A stretch of DNA of 64,000 bases from a virus. The position numbers and the translations under genes were made by a program. The stretch is from the IMG/VR virus record IMGVR_UViG_3300008117_000001; one strand, 5' to 3'. The notes beneath the pieces were generated by a model, which was not told the origin of the DNA, searched no databases, and was given only the letters and a program-made list of their open reading frames with translations. Below, in pieces: positions 48,163 through 55,954 of the stretch (the stretch's first letter is position 1; every line of letters starts with the position of its first letter).

Positions 48163-48339
48163 TCAGAAGTCTGTTACAGGATTTTCCTCAGCAGAGAGCC
48201 AAAGGTCGAAATCCTCAAACTCAGTTACCATTTTGACAGCCGACTGGTGGTCGAAACCAAGAACCTTGGTCATGTCGTCAATGATCTCTTCGTTGATCGT
48301 CTGATTGATGCTGTTGATGATTGTCTTTAAAGTGTTCAT
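48163..48339 (-). CDS. Small hypothetical protein (58 aa), only convincing minus-strand gene
   Basis: MNTLKTIINSINQ...; strongly C-ending codons (ATC, AAC, GAC, TTC); dedicated terminator downstream. Confidence 0.7.
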   Translation of the reverse strand: MNTLKTIINSINQTINEEIIDDMTKVLGFDHQSAVKMVTEFEDFDLWLSAEENPVTDF

Positions 48340-48447
48340 GGTGAACAGTGTACTCTCTTTCTTTTGGATTTGCAACCTATTTTGATTTTTTTACCAAGAT
48401 AGTGTATACTTTATGTATGAATTATCTTGATGCATAAAGGATACACA

Positions 48448-49014
48448 ATGACCATACAGATTGTCAACCCAGAAGAGTTTTTTTTGGAGAAATCTTCTTT
48501 TAAAAAACATCCCAATTTGAAAAACATCAGGAACAAATCTATTGATTCTGAGATAATTGAAAACGACGCTGTAATTTCCAGGAAAAAAGGAAACGCGTAT
48601 CAGTATACCAAAACTGGATACAGAAAAGATATAGACATGAATGTCCGTTCTAGCTGGGAAGCAAATTTTGTTAGAGTATTAAGAATCTATAAAATTGATT
48701 TTCAATTTGAACCTACTGTTTTTTCTTTCCCAATTAAGAGGGGAACCAAAGGATATACTCCAGACTTTCTTTTAAATAGAAATAACGATTGGGTAGAAAT
48801 AAAAGGATACCTAGATGATAAGAGTAAGATAAAATTAAAAAGGTTTAAGAGATATTATCCAGATGAATTTGAAAACTTTACCTGCGTCATAAGTAAGTAT
48901 TCAAACGACGCAAAGAACTTTATGAAAGATTTAGAAGTACCAAATATTATTTTTTACGAAGATTTTAGAGATTATTACAGCGAATATATAGTTTGCTGGG
49001 AAGGAAAAAAATGA
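48448..49014 (+). CDS. PD-(D/E)XK endonuclease (T7 endo I/TnsA-like, possible resolvase)
   Basis: VRSSWEANF...FQFEP...YTPDFLL...WVEIKGY. Confidence 0.75.
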   Translation: MTIQIVNPEEFFLEKSSFKKHPNLKNIRNKSIDSEIIENDAVISRKKGNAYQYTKTGYRKDIDMNVRSSWEANFVRVLRIYKIDFQFEPTVFSFPIKRGTKGYTPDFLLNRNNDWVEIKGYLDDKSKIKLKRFKRYYPDEFENFTCVISKYSNDAKNFMKDLEVPNIIFYEDFRDYYSEYIVCWEGKK

Positions 49015-49877
49015 CAAGTTATAAAGAACAATATTATTCTTTAGCAGAAGACGAGATGCAAAAACTAATAGCAGATAGCAAAAGGGGTTCGCAAAAAGCT
49101 CAAGCAGAACTGCTACAAGTCTTTAGTAACTTTTTAACGAAATATATTTCGTTACTGTATCACTGTAAGTTTAATTTAAATGATTATGACATTAGAAGGT
49201 TTATATCTTTATTCATAAAAGATCCTTCTACCCGATTCGCTTTGATGAAAAATAAAATAAAGGGCAATAATCTAAAAGTCGTAAATGAAACAATGCGGGG
49301 CATTCATTATATGACTAAAAGATATGGCGATGAAGAAGATATTCGGCAGACAGTTTACATGACGTTCTTCCAATGCCTAGGCAGGTACGAAAGAAAGGAT
49401 TCAGCAAAGGGGCCGATACCGTTTAGTGGATTTTTATATAGTTACTTTTTTTATCTTCTAAAGAAAAATGTGGATACATTTTTAATTGATCAACTTGGCA
49501 GAAAGACTTTCCCACTCCTTGATGACGAAGCAACAAACGATGAAAGTGACGAAGATTATGTTGTTGGGTTTAAGGCTGATCCAATAGAGTACAGCATGGA
49601 AAAACTAATGGCAACTGATAAAATAGATGAATTCTGGGTTTTGGGAGAGAAAGTAGAAGGACCATTTGATAAGCTATCCATACAAGAAAGACAGCTTTTA
49701 AAGTGGAGATACATTGATGGAAAAAGATCTAGCCAAATATCTCAAATTGTCAATGAGCATCCAAATACCGTAAGAGAGCATTTGTCTAAAGTTAGAGAAA
49801 AAATTAAACAAACCCTTTTGGAAGACGAGTTCTCGTATGAAGAACTTTACTATCTGTTAAAAATGGAGACTAAATGA
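49011..49877 (+). CDS. Phage sigma-70-like transcription factor
   Basis: Region-2-like (AQAELLQVF; EEDIRQTVYMTFFQCLGRYE; FSGFLYSY) and region-4 HTH (LSIQERQLLKWRYIDGKRSSQISQIVNEHPNTVREHLSKVREKIK). Confidence 0.7.
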   Translation: MTSYKEQYYSLAEDEMQKLIADSKRGSQKAQAELLQVFSNFLTKYISLLYHCKFNLNDYDIRRFISLFIKDPSTRFALMKNKIKGNNLKVVNETMRGIHYMTKRYGDEEDIRQTVYMTFFQCLGRYERKDSAKGPIPFSGFLYSYFFYLLKKNVDTFLIDQLGRKTFPLLDDEATNDESDEDYVVGFKADPIEYSMEKLMATDKIDEFWVLGEKVEGPFDKLSIQERQLLKWRYIDGKRSSQISQIVNEHPNTVREHLSKVREKIKQTLLEDEFSYEELYYLLKMETK

Positions 49878-50392
49878 ATAGTTCAACTCTTGAAAAGCTT
49901 CAGGAAATGTTACAGCAGTTCCTTGGCCCTCAGCTAAAAGAAGTTATAGACGCCTACAATGACAACGATAATTCATACAAATACTTTATCGAAATTCCGG
50001 AAACTGATGTCGTAGATTTAGGCATAGAAAAGATAGCTTCACTGGTCGCTAGAACGTCTAATGTTTACGGTAGAGCAGCTAGATTTGCGGGAATAGCTAG
50101 AGCTCAGTACAAGATATTGGAAGGGAAATATAAGAAAGTTTACAAATCAAATCGTGTAGGAAAAAACGAAGCAGAGCGAGAGGCTGCAGCTATGGACGCT
50201 GCAGAGGATGAATACTTTGCTCTAGTAACATGTGAGGCAATTGTCAATCTGGCTGAAGCCATGGAATCCGCTGCAAGAATAGCATCGGAGTCAGCTAGAA
50301 AGTTGATGGACAAAATACAGTCCATGCAAGTTGCCTCATTTAGAGAAGACAAAGGCTCTTTTATGGAGTCTGATTTTTTTAGCACATACTAA
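49874..50392 (+). CDS. Helical hypothetical protein (possibly UvsY-like recombination mediator)
   Basis: All-helical AARFAGIARAQYKILEGKYK...EAEREAAA pattern; the resemblance is weak. Confidence 0.35.
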   Translation: MNSSTLEKLQEMLQQFLGPQLKEVIDAYNDNDNSYKYFIEIPETDVVDLGIEKIASLVARTSNVYGRAARFAGIARAQYKILEGKYKKVYKSNRVGKNEAEREAAAMDAAEDEYFALVTCEAIVNLAEAMESAARIASESARKLMDKIQSMQVASFREDKGSFMESDFFSTY

Positions 50393-50402
50393 AGGATAAT
50401 AT

Positions 50403-50627
50403 ATGTTTATAGGTTACTATAAGAGTGTTGCTTCTTCTAAGGAGTTTTACTCGTCCAAAAGAAGTGATTTAAATTTTCCAATTCAAGTTGAATATGAAGG
50501 CGATAGATATCTGTTAAATAAAACCATACAGGTATCTTCTGAATCTCAAGAAAAAAATATTATTAACACCGCCAAGAAATACGGAATTAAATATGACATT
50601 AGAATTGACTCAGGAGCAAACAGCTGA
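50403..50627 (+). CDS. Hypothetical protein
   Basis: AAGGA RBS, 74 aa. Confidence 0.5.
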   Translation: MFIGYYKSVASSKEFYSSKRSDLNFPIQVEYEGDRYLLNKTIQVSSESQEKNIINTAKKYGIKYDIRIDSGANS

Positions 50628-50748
50628 TTTAAAGTCAGAAATTGAAAACTTTTTGTTTGAAATATCTTCCCAAGACAGGGAATTATATTCTAGACAAGAG
50701 GTAGAAAATATGCTCCTTGACATATATTCTTTGCTTAAAACAAACTGA
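50593..50748 (+). CDS. Small hypothetical protein (51 aa, not in ORF track)
   Basis: MTLELTQEQTADLKSEIENFLFEISS...LLKTN fills the gap before RNase H. Confidence 0.45.
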   Translation: MTLELTQEQTADLKSEIENFLFEISSQDRELYSRQEVENMLLDIYSLLKTN

Positions 50749-50760
50749 AAACGGTGTTAA

Positions 50761-51195
50761 ATGAACATAGAAGTTTTTTGTGATGGCGCATCACGAGGCC
50801 AGGGCCAAAAAAAATTTGGAGAGGCAGCATGTGCTGTCGTGGTCTATAAAAATAGAAAAAAGATAGCACAGTTCGCTAGAGGACTCGGCCCAAGAACTAA
50901 CAATGAAGCAGAGTATGAGGCTGTAATAGCTGGCCTTCTGATATGCTCTATGGCTGATTTAGTGGACCCTATTATATATACTGATTCCTCTACGGTTGCT
51001 AGCCAGATAAATGGTAAGGCTAAGTGCAGGAGTCGTTCATTAATTCCTCTGTTGATGACTATAGAGGAAATAAAAGATGAGTTTAACTTTCGTGTAGTTC
51101 AAGTAAAAAGATCTTTTGTCTGGGAGCCTGACGCACTAGCAAATACGTTTCTTGACGAATTAGAACTAAGAAAAGAACACATTTCCAAGATGTAA
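50761..51195 (+). CDS. rnhA: Ribonuclease HI
   Basis: VFCDGASRG, TNNEAEYEAVIAGL, IYTDS and ADALAN-like PDALAN. Confidence 0.88.
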   Translation: MNIEVFCDGASRGQGQKKFGEAACAVVVYKNRKKIAQFARGLGPRTNNEAEYEAVIAGLLICSMADLVDPIIYTDSSTVASQINGKAKCRSRSLIPLLMTIEEIKDEFNFRVVQVKRSFVWEPDALANTFLDELELRKEHISKM

Positions 51196-51196
51196 C

Positions 51197-51205
51197 TGCT
51201 ATAAT
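51197..51205 (+). promoter_or_regulatory. Extended -10 promoter, probable leaderless transcript
   Basis: TGCTATAAT ends 7 nt before the ATG at 51213, with no Shine-Dalgarno in between. Confidence 0.55.
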
Positions 51206-51212
51206 AGATAGT

Positions 51213-52004
51213 ATGATTTTAGATAAAAAATATTACAAAGAATATCCTTTGATAATTGGTTTGGCTGGCAAAGCTGCTAGCGGTAAAACCTCTGTTGCTG
51301 AAAGCATAGTCCCTAAGGCGTCTGTTAATCCGGTAAGTAATTCCATAATATGGGATCACATATTCTTTACGCTACCACTCTATGAGATTGCCTCTATTAA
51401 AAGAACCACATTAGGTCTTCGTCAAAAAGATCGTCAGCTATTTGCTATTCATCAAGTTTTGTTTGATTTATTTGGCGGTAGTGCCCTAGGTAATATACCG
51501 GACTATAGGCACTTTACTGATTTAGTTGAACAGATATACGCTCTGCCAATAGAGCAAGAGCCACTAAAGCCAAGAAGCTTCCTGCAAAAAGCAGGAGATC
51601 TATGCAGACTATATGATCCCGAATGCTTCGCTAAATGGGTAATCTACAAGGCATCGAAAATGCATAGAAGTATTATATCTGCCGATTCATACGAGGAAAA
51701 TGAGCTTCCTGTTGGAATTATTATTTCCGACGTTCGTTTTGTAAATGAGGCTAGCAAGATATTAGGTCATCCAAATGGAATGGTGATCTACTTTGACGCT
51801 TCAGATGAAACTAGAAATGCTAGAATGATGAAGAGAGACGGCATGCTTATGACGGAAGCTCAATCTTCTCATGTATCGGAGCAAGAATGTGACTTGGTAA
51901 AAGGTCTAGCATCTGCTATAATAAATACAGACAACATGTCGATGGAAGATCAAGCTTCTCAGACAATACAAATAATAAACGGATATATAAACGCGTATGC
52001 CTAA
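51213..52004 (+). CDS. Deoxynucleoside monophosphate kinase
   Basis: IIGLAGKAASGKTS P-loop, PRSFLQKAG, IIISDVRFVNEA and SHVSE. Confidence 0.82.
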   Translation: MILDKKYYKEYPLIIGLAGKAASGKTSVAESIVPKASVNPVSNSIIWDHIFFTLPLYEIASIKRTTLGLRQKDRQLFAIHQVLFDLFGGSALGNIPDYRHFTDLVEQIYALPIEQEPLKPRSFLQKAGDLCRLYDPECFAKWVIYKASKMHRSIISADSYEENELPVGIIISDVRFVNEASKILGHPNGMVIYFDASDETRNARMMKRDGMLMTEAQSSHVSEQECDLVKGLASAIINTDNMSMEDQASQTIQIINGYINAYA

Positions 52005-52317
52005 AATAACCAAAACAGCAATGGAGCAATCTATAGATTCTCCCTTAGATCAGGTGGTGAACCTTTTGAGTAATGAAGTATCTTTAACAAGTTCTCCCAT
52101 AGTAATATGTGGGGTAAATAGAAAAATCAATATTGGAAACTTTGAAAATATTGATGTCTATGCAGGAGTGACAATACCCTTGCATGGAGTTTCATTTGAA
52201 GATAAAGAGGCGCTTACTTCGGCAATAGAGGAGGCTGTATCCTATGGTTTTTCTCTTGCGTCAAAAGAAACTGGTGAGCGCTACATGCTGATAAAAGATT
52301 CCCAGCAGGGTAAATAA
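51997..52317 (+). CDS. Hypothetical protein
   Basis: RKINIGNFENIDV segment; overlaps the kinase stop. Confidence 0.55.
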   Translation: MPKITKTAMEQSIDSPLDQVVNLLSNEVSLTSSPIVICGVNRKINIGNFENIDVYAGVTIPLHGVSFEDKEALTSAIEEAVSYGFSLASKETGERYMLIKDSQQGK

Positions 52318-52329
52318 TAAGCAAGTTAA

Positions 52330-52337
52330 TTACTATA
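52330..52337 (+). promoter_or_regulatory. Candidate late-promoter motif TTACTATA
   Basis: Intergenic, 36 nt before ATG 52366. Confidence 0.6.
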
Positions 52338-52365
52338 AATTCACCAATAGCAAGAAGAGGATAAA

Positions 52366-52635
52366 ATGATTAATTTAATTAAGAAGATTTTTGGTTTGAA
52401 AAAGACTAAAACGATTACTCCTGCTGTTAGCACACCAAAGCCTGTGTTAGCAGAAGTTAAGGCTGAGCCAAAACCTTCAGTGAAGCCAGTTTCGCCCGTA
52501 AAAGATGAAACCTGCATTGACAAGAAACCAACTGCCAAAAAGCCTGGCAGACCAAAGGGGCAAGGTTCTTCTTCTGCCAAGAAGCCAGCTGCTAAAAAAG
52601 CTCCTGCTGCACAAAAACAAAATAAAAATATCTAA
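52366..52635 (+). CDS. Lys/Pro/Ala-rich small basic protein (histone-H1-like tail)
   Basis: KKPTAKKPGRPK and KKPAAKKAPAAQK. Confidence 0.65.
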   Translation: MINLIKKIFGLKKTKTITPAVSTPKPVLAEVKAEPKPSVKPVSPVKDETCIDKKPTAKKPGRPKGQGSSSAKKPAAKKAPAAQKQNKNI

Positions 52636-52657
52636 TATTAAACATTTTAATAGCAGT

Positions 52658-52709
52658 AAAGACTAGTTATATAGTGGCAGAAATGTTACTATATAACTAG
52701 TCTTTTTTT
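52658..52709 (+). terminator. Long hairpin terminator overlapping a TTACTATA motif
   Basis: AAAGACTAGTTATATAGTGGCA-gaaa-TGTTACTATATAACTAGTCTTT, a 22-bp stem with 2 G-U pairs, then a T tract. Confidence 0.75.
52686..52693 (+). promoter_or_regulatory. Candidate late-promoter motif TTACTATA
   Basis: In the 3' arm of the hairpin, 43 nt before ATG 52729. Confidence 0.55.
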
Positions 52710-52728
52710 ATTAGTAAGGTGGTTAATT

Positions 52729-52875
52729 ATGGCCGATAAAGGTTGGGGTAATAAAACATCCTCAGAAAAAAATTATTATAAACTACTCAAAGATTCTGTC
52801 ATGAATGTTATTGATACCAAGAAAACTGGTGGTCAATATTCAAGTCATTGGACAAAAAACAATAATGGCAAGTAA
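52729..52875 (+). CDS. Small basic hypothetical protein (48 aa, not in ORF track)
   Basis: TAAGGTGG RBS; MADKGWGNKTSSEK...WTKNNNGK. Confidence 0.55.
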   Translation: MADKGWGNKTSSEKNYYKLLKDSVMNVIDTKKTGGQYSSHWTKNNNGK

Positions 52876-53038
52876 GAAGAAAGCAGCTTATCAAAAAAAG
52901 ATTAAGTCTGTTATGGGAGAATTCGGTAGGGGCACCTTGCATTCAGGAAAAGGTGGTCCAGTAGTTAAATCCAAAAAGCAAGCAATAGCTATTGCAATAT
53001 CGTCAGCTGATAGATTGAAGAAGAAGCGTAAAAAATAA
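52865..53038 (+). CDS. Small basic protein (DUF6496-like)
   Basis: KIKSVMGEFGRGTLHSGKGGPVVKSKKQAIAIAIS, recalled as the DUF6496 pattern; ends LKKKRKK. Confidence 0.7.
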   Translation: MASKKKAAYQKKIKSVMGEFGRGTLHSGKGGPVVKSKKQAIAIAISSADRLKKKRKK

Positions 53039-53151
53039 TGGCTTTTAAGAAATCTATCTACATTAGTGGACCAAGAATGGGAACAAATAATCAAAAAAGT
53101 AATGGTCCAGTTCTTTCTGCTAGGCCAAAGAAAAAAAGAAAAAAGAAATAA
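53038..53151 (+). CDS. Tiny basic protein (37 aa, not in ORF track)
   Basis: TAATG overlap; MAFKKSIYISGPRMG...RPKKKRKKK. Confidence 0.55.
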   Translation: MAFKKSIYISGPRMGTNNQKSNGPVLSARPKKKRKKK

Positions 53152-53178
53152 CTTTATTTTATTGATTTAGGACTAGAT

Positions 53179-53418
53179 ATGGCTCAAATTAAAAAGAAAA
53201 AAGATAAGTTTCGAGTAGCAGTTCCTGGACAGGCTGGAGAATTTCCCCCTATAGCTAATGATCATGGCGAAAGATTTATACCCAAAAAGGGTAATAAAGA
53301 AAAAAATCACATGGAAACTAAAGATAAAAAGTATCGTGCCATAAAAAAAACCGTTGGCAGAACAATTTCTAAACCCTCTGGTAAAAAGTCAAATAGCTCT
53401 AAGCGAAGGAGTAGCTAA
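53179..53418 (+). CDS. Small basic protein
   Basis: MAQIKKKKDK...KKSNSSKRRSS; AGGA RBS. Confidence 0.6.
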   Translation: MAQIKKKKDKFRVAVPGQAGEFPPIANDHGERFIPKKGNKEKNHMETKDKKYRAIKKTVGRTISKPSGKKSNSSKRRSS

Positions 53419-53729
53419 TGCCAGCTAAAAAAGATTCACGATTAACTAAAGCTGGTGTTTCTGGTTTTAACAAACCAAAGCGTACACCTAGTCATCCTAC
53501 AAAATCTCACATTGTAGTAGCTAAGCAGGGGGATCAAATTAAGACAATACGTTTTGGTCAACAGGGTGTTAAAACAAATCAAACTGTTGGTCAGAGAAAA
53601 GCTTTTGCCTCACGCCATGCAAAGAATATTTCCAAAGGCAAGATGTCGGCTGCATACTGGGCCAATAAAGTTAAATGGAGCCCCAGCAAAACTCAGTCAC
53701 CCTCAAAGAAATGGGTTAAGGGATCTTGA
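53418..53729 (+). CDS. Small basic protein of a family common in aquatic phages
   Basis: AGVSGFNKPKRTPSHPTKSH.V.AK.G...IRFGQQG...F..RH...SAAYWANKVKW. Confidence 0.7.
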   Translation: MPAKKDSRLTKAGVSGFNKPKRTPSHPTKSHIVVAKQGDQIKTIRFGQQGVKTNQTVGQRKAFASRHAKNISKGKMSAAYWANKVKWSPSKTQSPSKKWVKGS

Positions 53730-53730
53730 C

Positions 53731-53994
53731 ATGGAAGCCATCATTGTTGCTGTCATCGCTGCTGTAGGCGGAATTCTTGCAGCTCTTGTTCAGAAGAGTA
53801 GAACTGAAAATAAAAATGATCACAATGTTGTTGCAACAATGCTGATAGATGTTAAGGATGAAATACTTAATTTACATCATAAGATAGATCATGTTGACGA
53901 ACAGGTGGACAAGGTAGATGATCAAATGCATGATCATATGATGTGGCATTATAAGAAATCAAGCGAAAACAAAAGCAAAGTAAAGGGGGTGTAA
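53731..53994 (+). CDS. Membrane-anchored coiled-coil protein (actinophage lysis-region type)
   Basis: N-terminal TM (IIVAVIAAVGGILAALV) followed by a His/Asp-rich heptad region. Confidence 0.65.
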   Translation: MEAIIVAVIAAVGGILAALVQKSRTENKNDHNVVATMLIDVKDEILNLHHKIDHVDEQVDKVDDQMHDHMMWHYKKSSENKSKVKGV

Positions 53995-53996
53995 TT

Positions 53997-54119
53997 ATGT
54001 CTGGTCATACTGGTATGGGTAAGAAAAAAATGGGTGGATCCAAGAAAATGGGCACTAAGAAGATGGGCGCCAAGAAAATGGGCGGTTCCAAGAAAATGGG
54101 TGGCAAGAAGATGTACTGA
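53997..54119 (+). CDS. 40-aa Lys/Met/Gly repeat peptide (KKMG)n (not in ORF track)
   Basis: MSGHTGMGKKKMGGSKKMGTKKMGAKKMGGSKKMGGKKMY; GGGGGTG upstream as RBS. Confidence 0.6.
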   Translation: MSGHTGMGKKKMGGSKKMGTKKMGAKKMGGSKKMGGKKMY

Positions 54120-54159
54120 AATTAATTTTCAGTCTTAGTTTAAGATTAAGGTAATAATT

Positions 54160-54291
54160 ATGGCAATGAAGAAGAAAGCAAGTGCTGCAAAAGGATCAAC
54201 TTCAAAAAAGATGGCTGGTCTTACTCCAGCTCAGAAGAAGCTTCCTCCATTTATTCAGTCAGCAATATTAAAAAAGAAAAAGAAAAAGTAA
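54160..54291 (+). CDS. Tiny basic protein (43 aa, not in ORF track)
   Basis: TAAGGT RBS; MAMKKKASAAK...LTPAQKKLPPFIQSAILKKKKKK. Confidence 0.6.
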   Translation: MAMKKKASAAKGSTSKKMAGLTPAQKKLPPFIQSAILKKKKKK

Positions 54292-54310
54292 TCTAATCAT
54301 TTCAATTAAA

Positions 54311-54346
54311 GAGGGTTATGGTAAAAACGCCATAGCCTTCTTTTTT
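54311..54346 (+). terminator. Intrinsic terminator
   Basis: GAGGGTTATGG-8nt-CCATAGCCTTC, an 11-bp stem with 2 G-U pairs, followed by T6. Confidence 0.7.
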
Positions 54347-54356
54347 ATTTGTATCA

Positions 54357-54364
54357 TTACTATA
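54357..54364 (+). promoter_or_regulatory. Candidate late-promoter motif TTACTATA
   Basis: Intergenic, 41 nt before ATG 54398, just after a terminator. Confidence 0.6.
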
Positions 54365-54397
54365 TCTTCTGCGGACAACTTAAAGATCGAGGGAGAT

Positions 54398-55741
54398 ATG
54401 TCTAAATTTAAAAACATCTTATCAGTATTATCAATTACTCTAGGTATCGGACTGCTTATCAGTCCAGTTAGCAATTCATCCGTGGCCTTAGCTACCAGTG
54501 GTGGTGGTGGCCCAATTGTGTTGGATGGAATGGATCCAGTTTGCCACTCTGGATGGGAAAGTACTGGTCAATATATAGCCAAGGTTTTAAAGAAGGTGCA
54601 TGATGGTGCGCGAAATTTAAATAATGGACATATCGCCATTGTTGGCTCAAACGCTACTACAACCTCATGTGGAGCTGACTGGGCTACCCAATTAAGTACA
54701 CAGTTTTTAGCTGAATTTTCTACTGCACCTCAGATTGATTTTTATGTTACAGATTCAGAAATAAGCACATTCTTCAGTAGCACAATCACCTCTAATCCTC
54801 CAGCGGTATTATGGATACCGGACAACTGGAATCGCGCTTCCAGTACAGAAGATATTTTTACAGCTAACGCAGAAAAGATAGCAGACTTTGTCAATGGTGG
54901 CGGTGGTCTTTTTGCTAACTTTGGTTCATATGGATGGCTAACAGCCCTGTTACCGCAAGCAGTATACAATAATGGTGGATGCAACGGGGGGCCAGAAGCT
55001 ACAACAGACGGTATTGCTGATTTTGGTCTTAGTAATACACTTGTCGCTGCATGCTGGCACGGTTATTTTACTGGTAATGTGGGCACATTAAAAACACTTG
55101 TAGACTATCCATATCCTAGCGCAAGTGACTCTAGAAAGTCTGTTTCTATTGGAGGCGGAAGCGTTTCTCTTCCTAGCTCTTTTATTCTTTCTTATAGCCC
55201 TCAGCAACCTCGTGCTGGTGAGCCAATTACAATTACCGCTACTGCGCAAACTTTAGCAGGAGTTCCACAGGCTGGAGTTACGGTTTCCATGACCGTCTCC
55301 TCTGGACCAGATTCAGGGCAAACTTTTACTGCAACCACAGATTCTAATGGAATAGCTAACATTACAGTTAATACAGCATCTCAAGGTACAGCAGTGTATA
55401 CCGCTAGTGCAACGGTTAACGGTGTAGTTAAAGTTGTTTCAATTACAGTTTCCTGGGACCCTCCTGCCCCCACTACCACTATTGAAACGACAACTACCGT
55501 TGTTGCAACTGTTCCGGAAACAACTACAACTGAACCACAAATAATTGTAGATCCAACCACAACCACAATTCATGACCATAGCACTCATGACCATGGGACA
55601 GAGGATACCATAAGTGCACCTCTTCCAACAACTGGGCAAGATAGCAATTCTTCCATGGGCATTGGCGCTTTCTTGATTACTATAGGCATATCAATATTTA
55701 TGTTTAATCGAAAGGTTTTAAAGAATGGCAAAGCCAACTGA
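54398..55741 (+). CDS. Secreted, LPXTG (sortase)-anchored surface protein with GATase-like domain, Ig-like (Big_1) domain and Thr-rich stalk
   Basis: Signal peptide (MSKFKNILSVLSITLGIGLLISPV..VALA); IADFVNGGGGLF; TTDSNGIANIT Ig strand; TTTIETTTTVVATVPETTTTE; HDHSTHDHG; LPTTG + TM (MGIGAFLITIGISIFMF) + NRK tail. Confidence 0.8.
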   Translation: MSKFKNILSVLSITLGIGLLISPVSNSSVALATSGGGGPIVLDGMDPVCHSGWESTGQYIAKVLKKVHDGARNLNNGHIAIVGSNATTTSCGADWATQLSTQFLAEFSTAPQIDFYVTDSEISTFFSSTITSNPPAVLWIPDNWNRASSTEDIFTANAEKIADFVNGGGGLFANFGSYGWLTALLPQAVYNNGGCNGGPEATTDGIADFGLSNTLVAACWHGYFTGNVGTLKTLVDYPYPSASDSRKSVSIGGGSVSLPSSFILSYSPQQPRAGEPITITATAQTLAGVPQAGVTVSMTVSSGPDSGQTFTATTDSNGIANITVNTASQGTAVYTASATVNGVVKVVSITVSWDPPAPTTTIETTTTVVATVPETTTTEPQIIVDPTTTTIHDHSTHDHGTEDTISAPLPTTGQDSNSSMGIGAFLITIGISIFMFNRKVLKNGKAN

Positions 55742-55937
55742 TAAAAAATGGATTCAGAAAGCAATTAAAAGACCTGGAGCTTTTACGGCTAAAGCTAAAA
55801 AAGCTGGAAAAACACCAGCAGCCTATGCGTCAGCTGTAACCAAGAATCCTGGTAGATACAGCAAGCTGACTGTCCAGCAGGCAAATTTTGCTAAGACTTT
55901 GAAAAAGATTACAAATAAAAATAAGAAAAAGAAGTGA
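55725..55937 (+). CDS. Small basic protein
   Basis: KKWIQKAIKRPGAFTAKAKKAG...QANFAKTLKK...KNKKKK. Confidence 0.65.
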   Translation: MAKPTDKKWIQKAIKRPGAFTAKAKKAGKTPAAYASAVTKNPGRYSKLTVQQANFAKTLKKITNKNKKKK

Positions 55938-55954
55938 TTTAGGAGATTAAGATT

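Noticed and set aside
49874-50392. Firm call as UvsY recombination mediator
   Set aside because: Only a general helical resemblance, and no UvsX/RecA gene in the window; left as a low-confidence suggestion.
6257-50421. TTACTATA copies at 6257, 12336 and 50414
   Set aside because: They lie inside CDSs with no start codon about 40 nt downstream; a few chance hits are expected for an AT-rich 8-mer.
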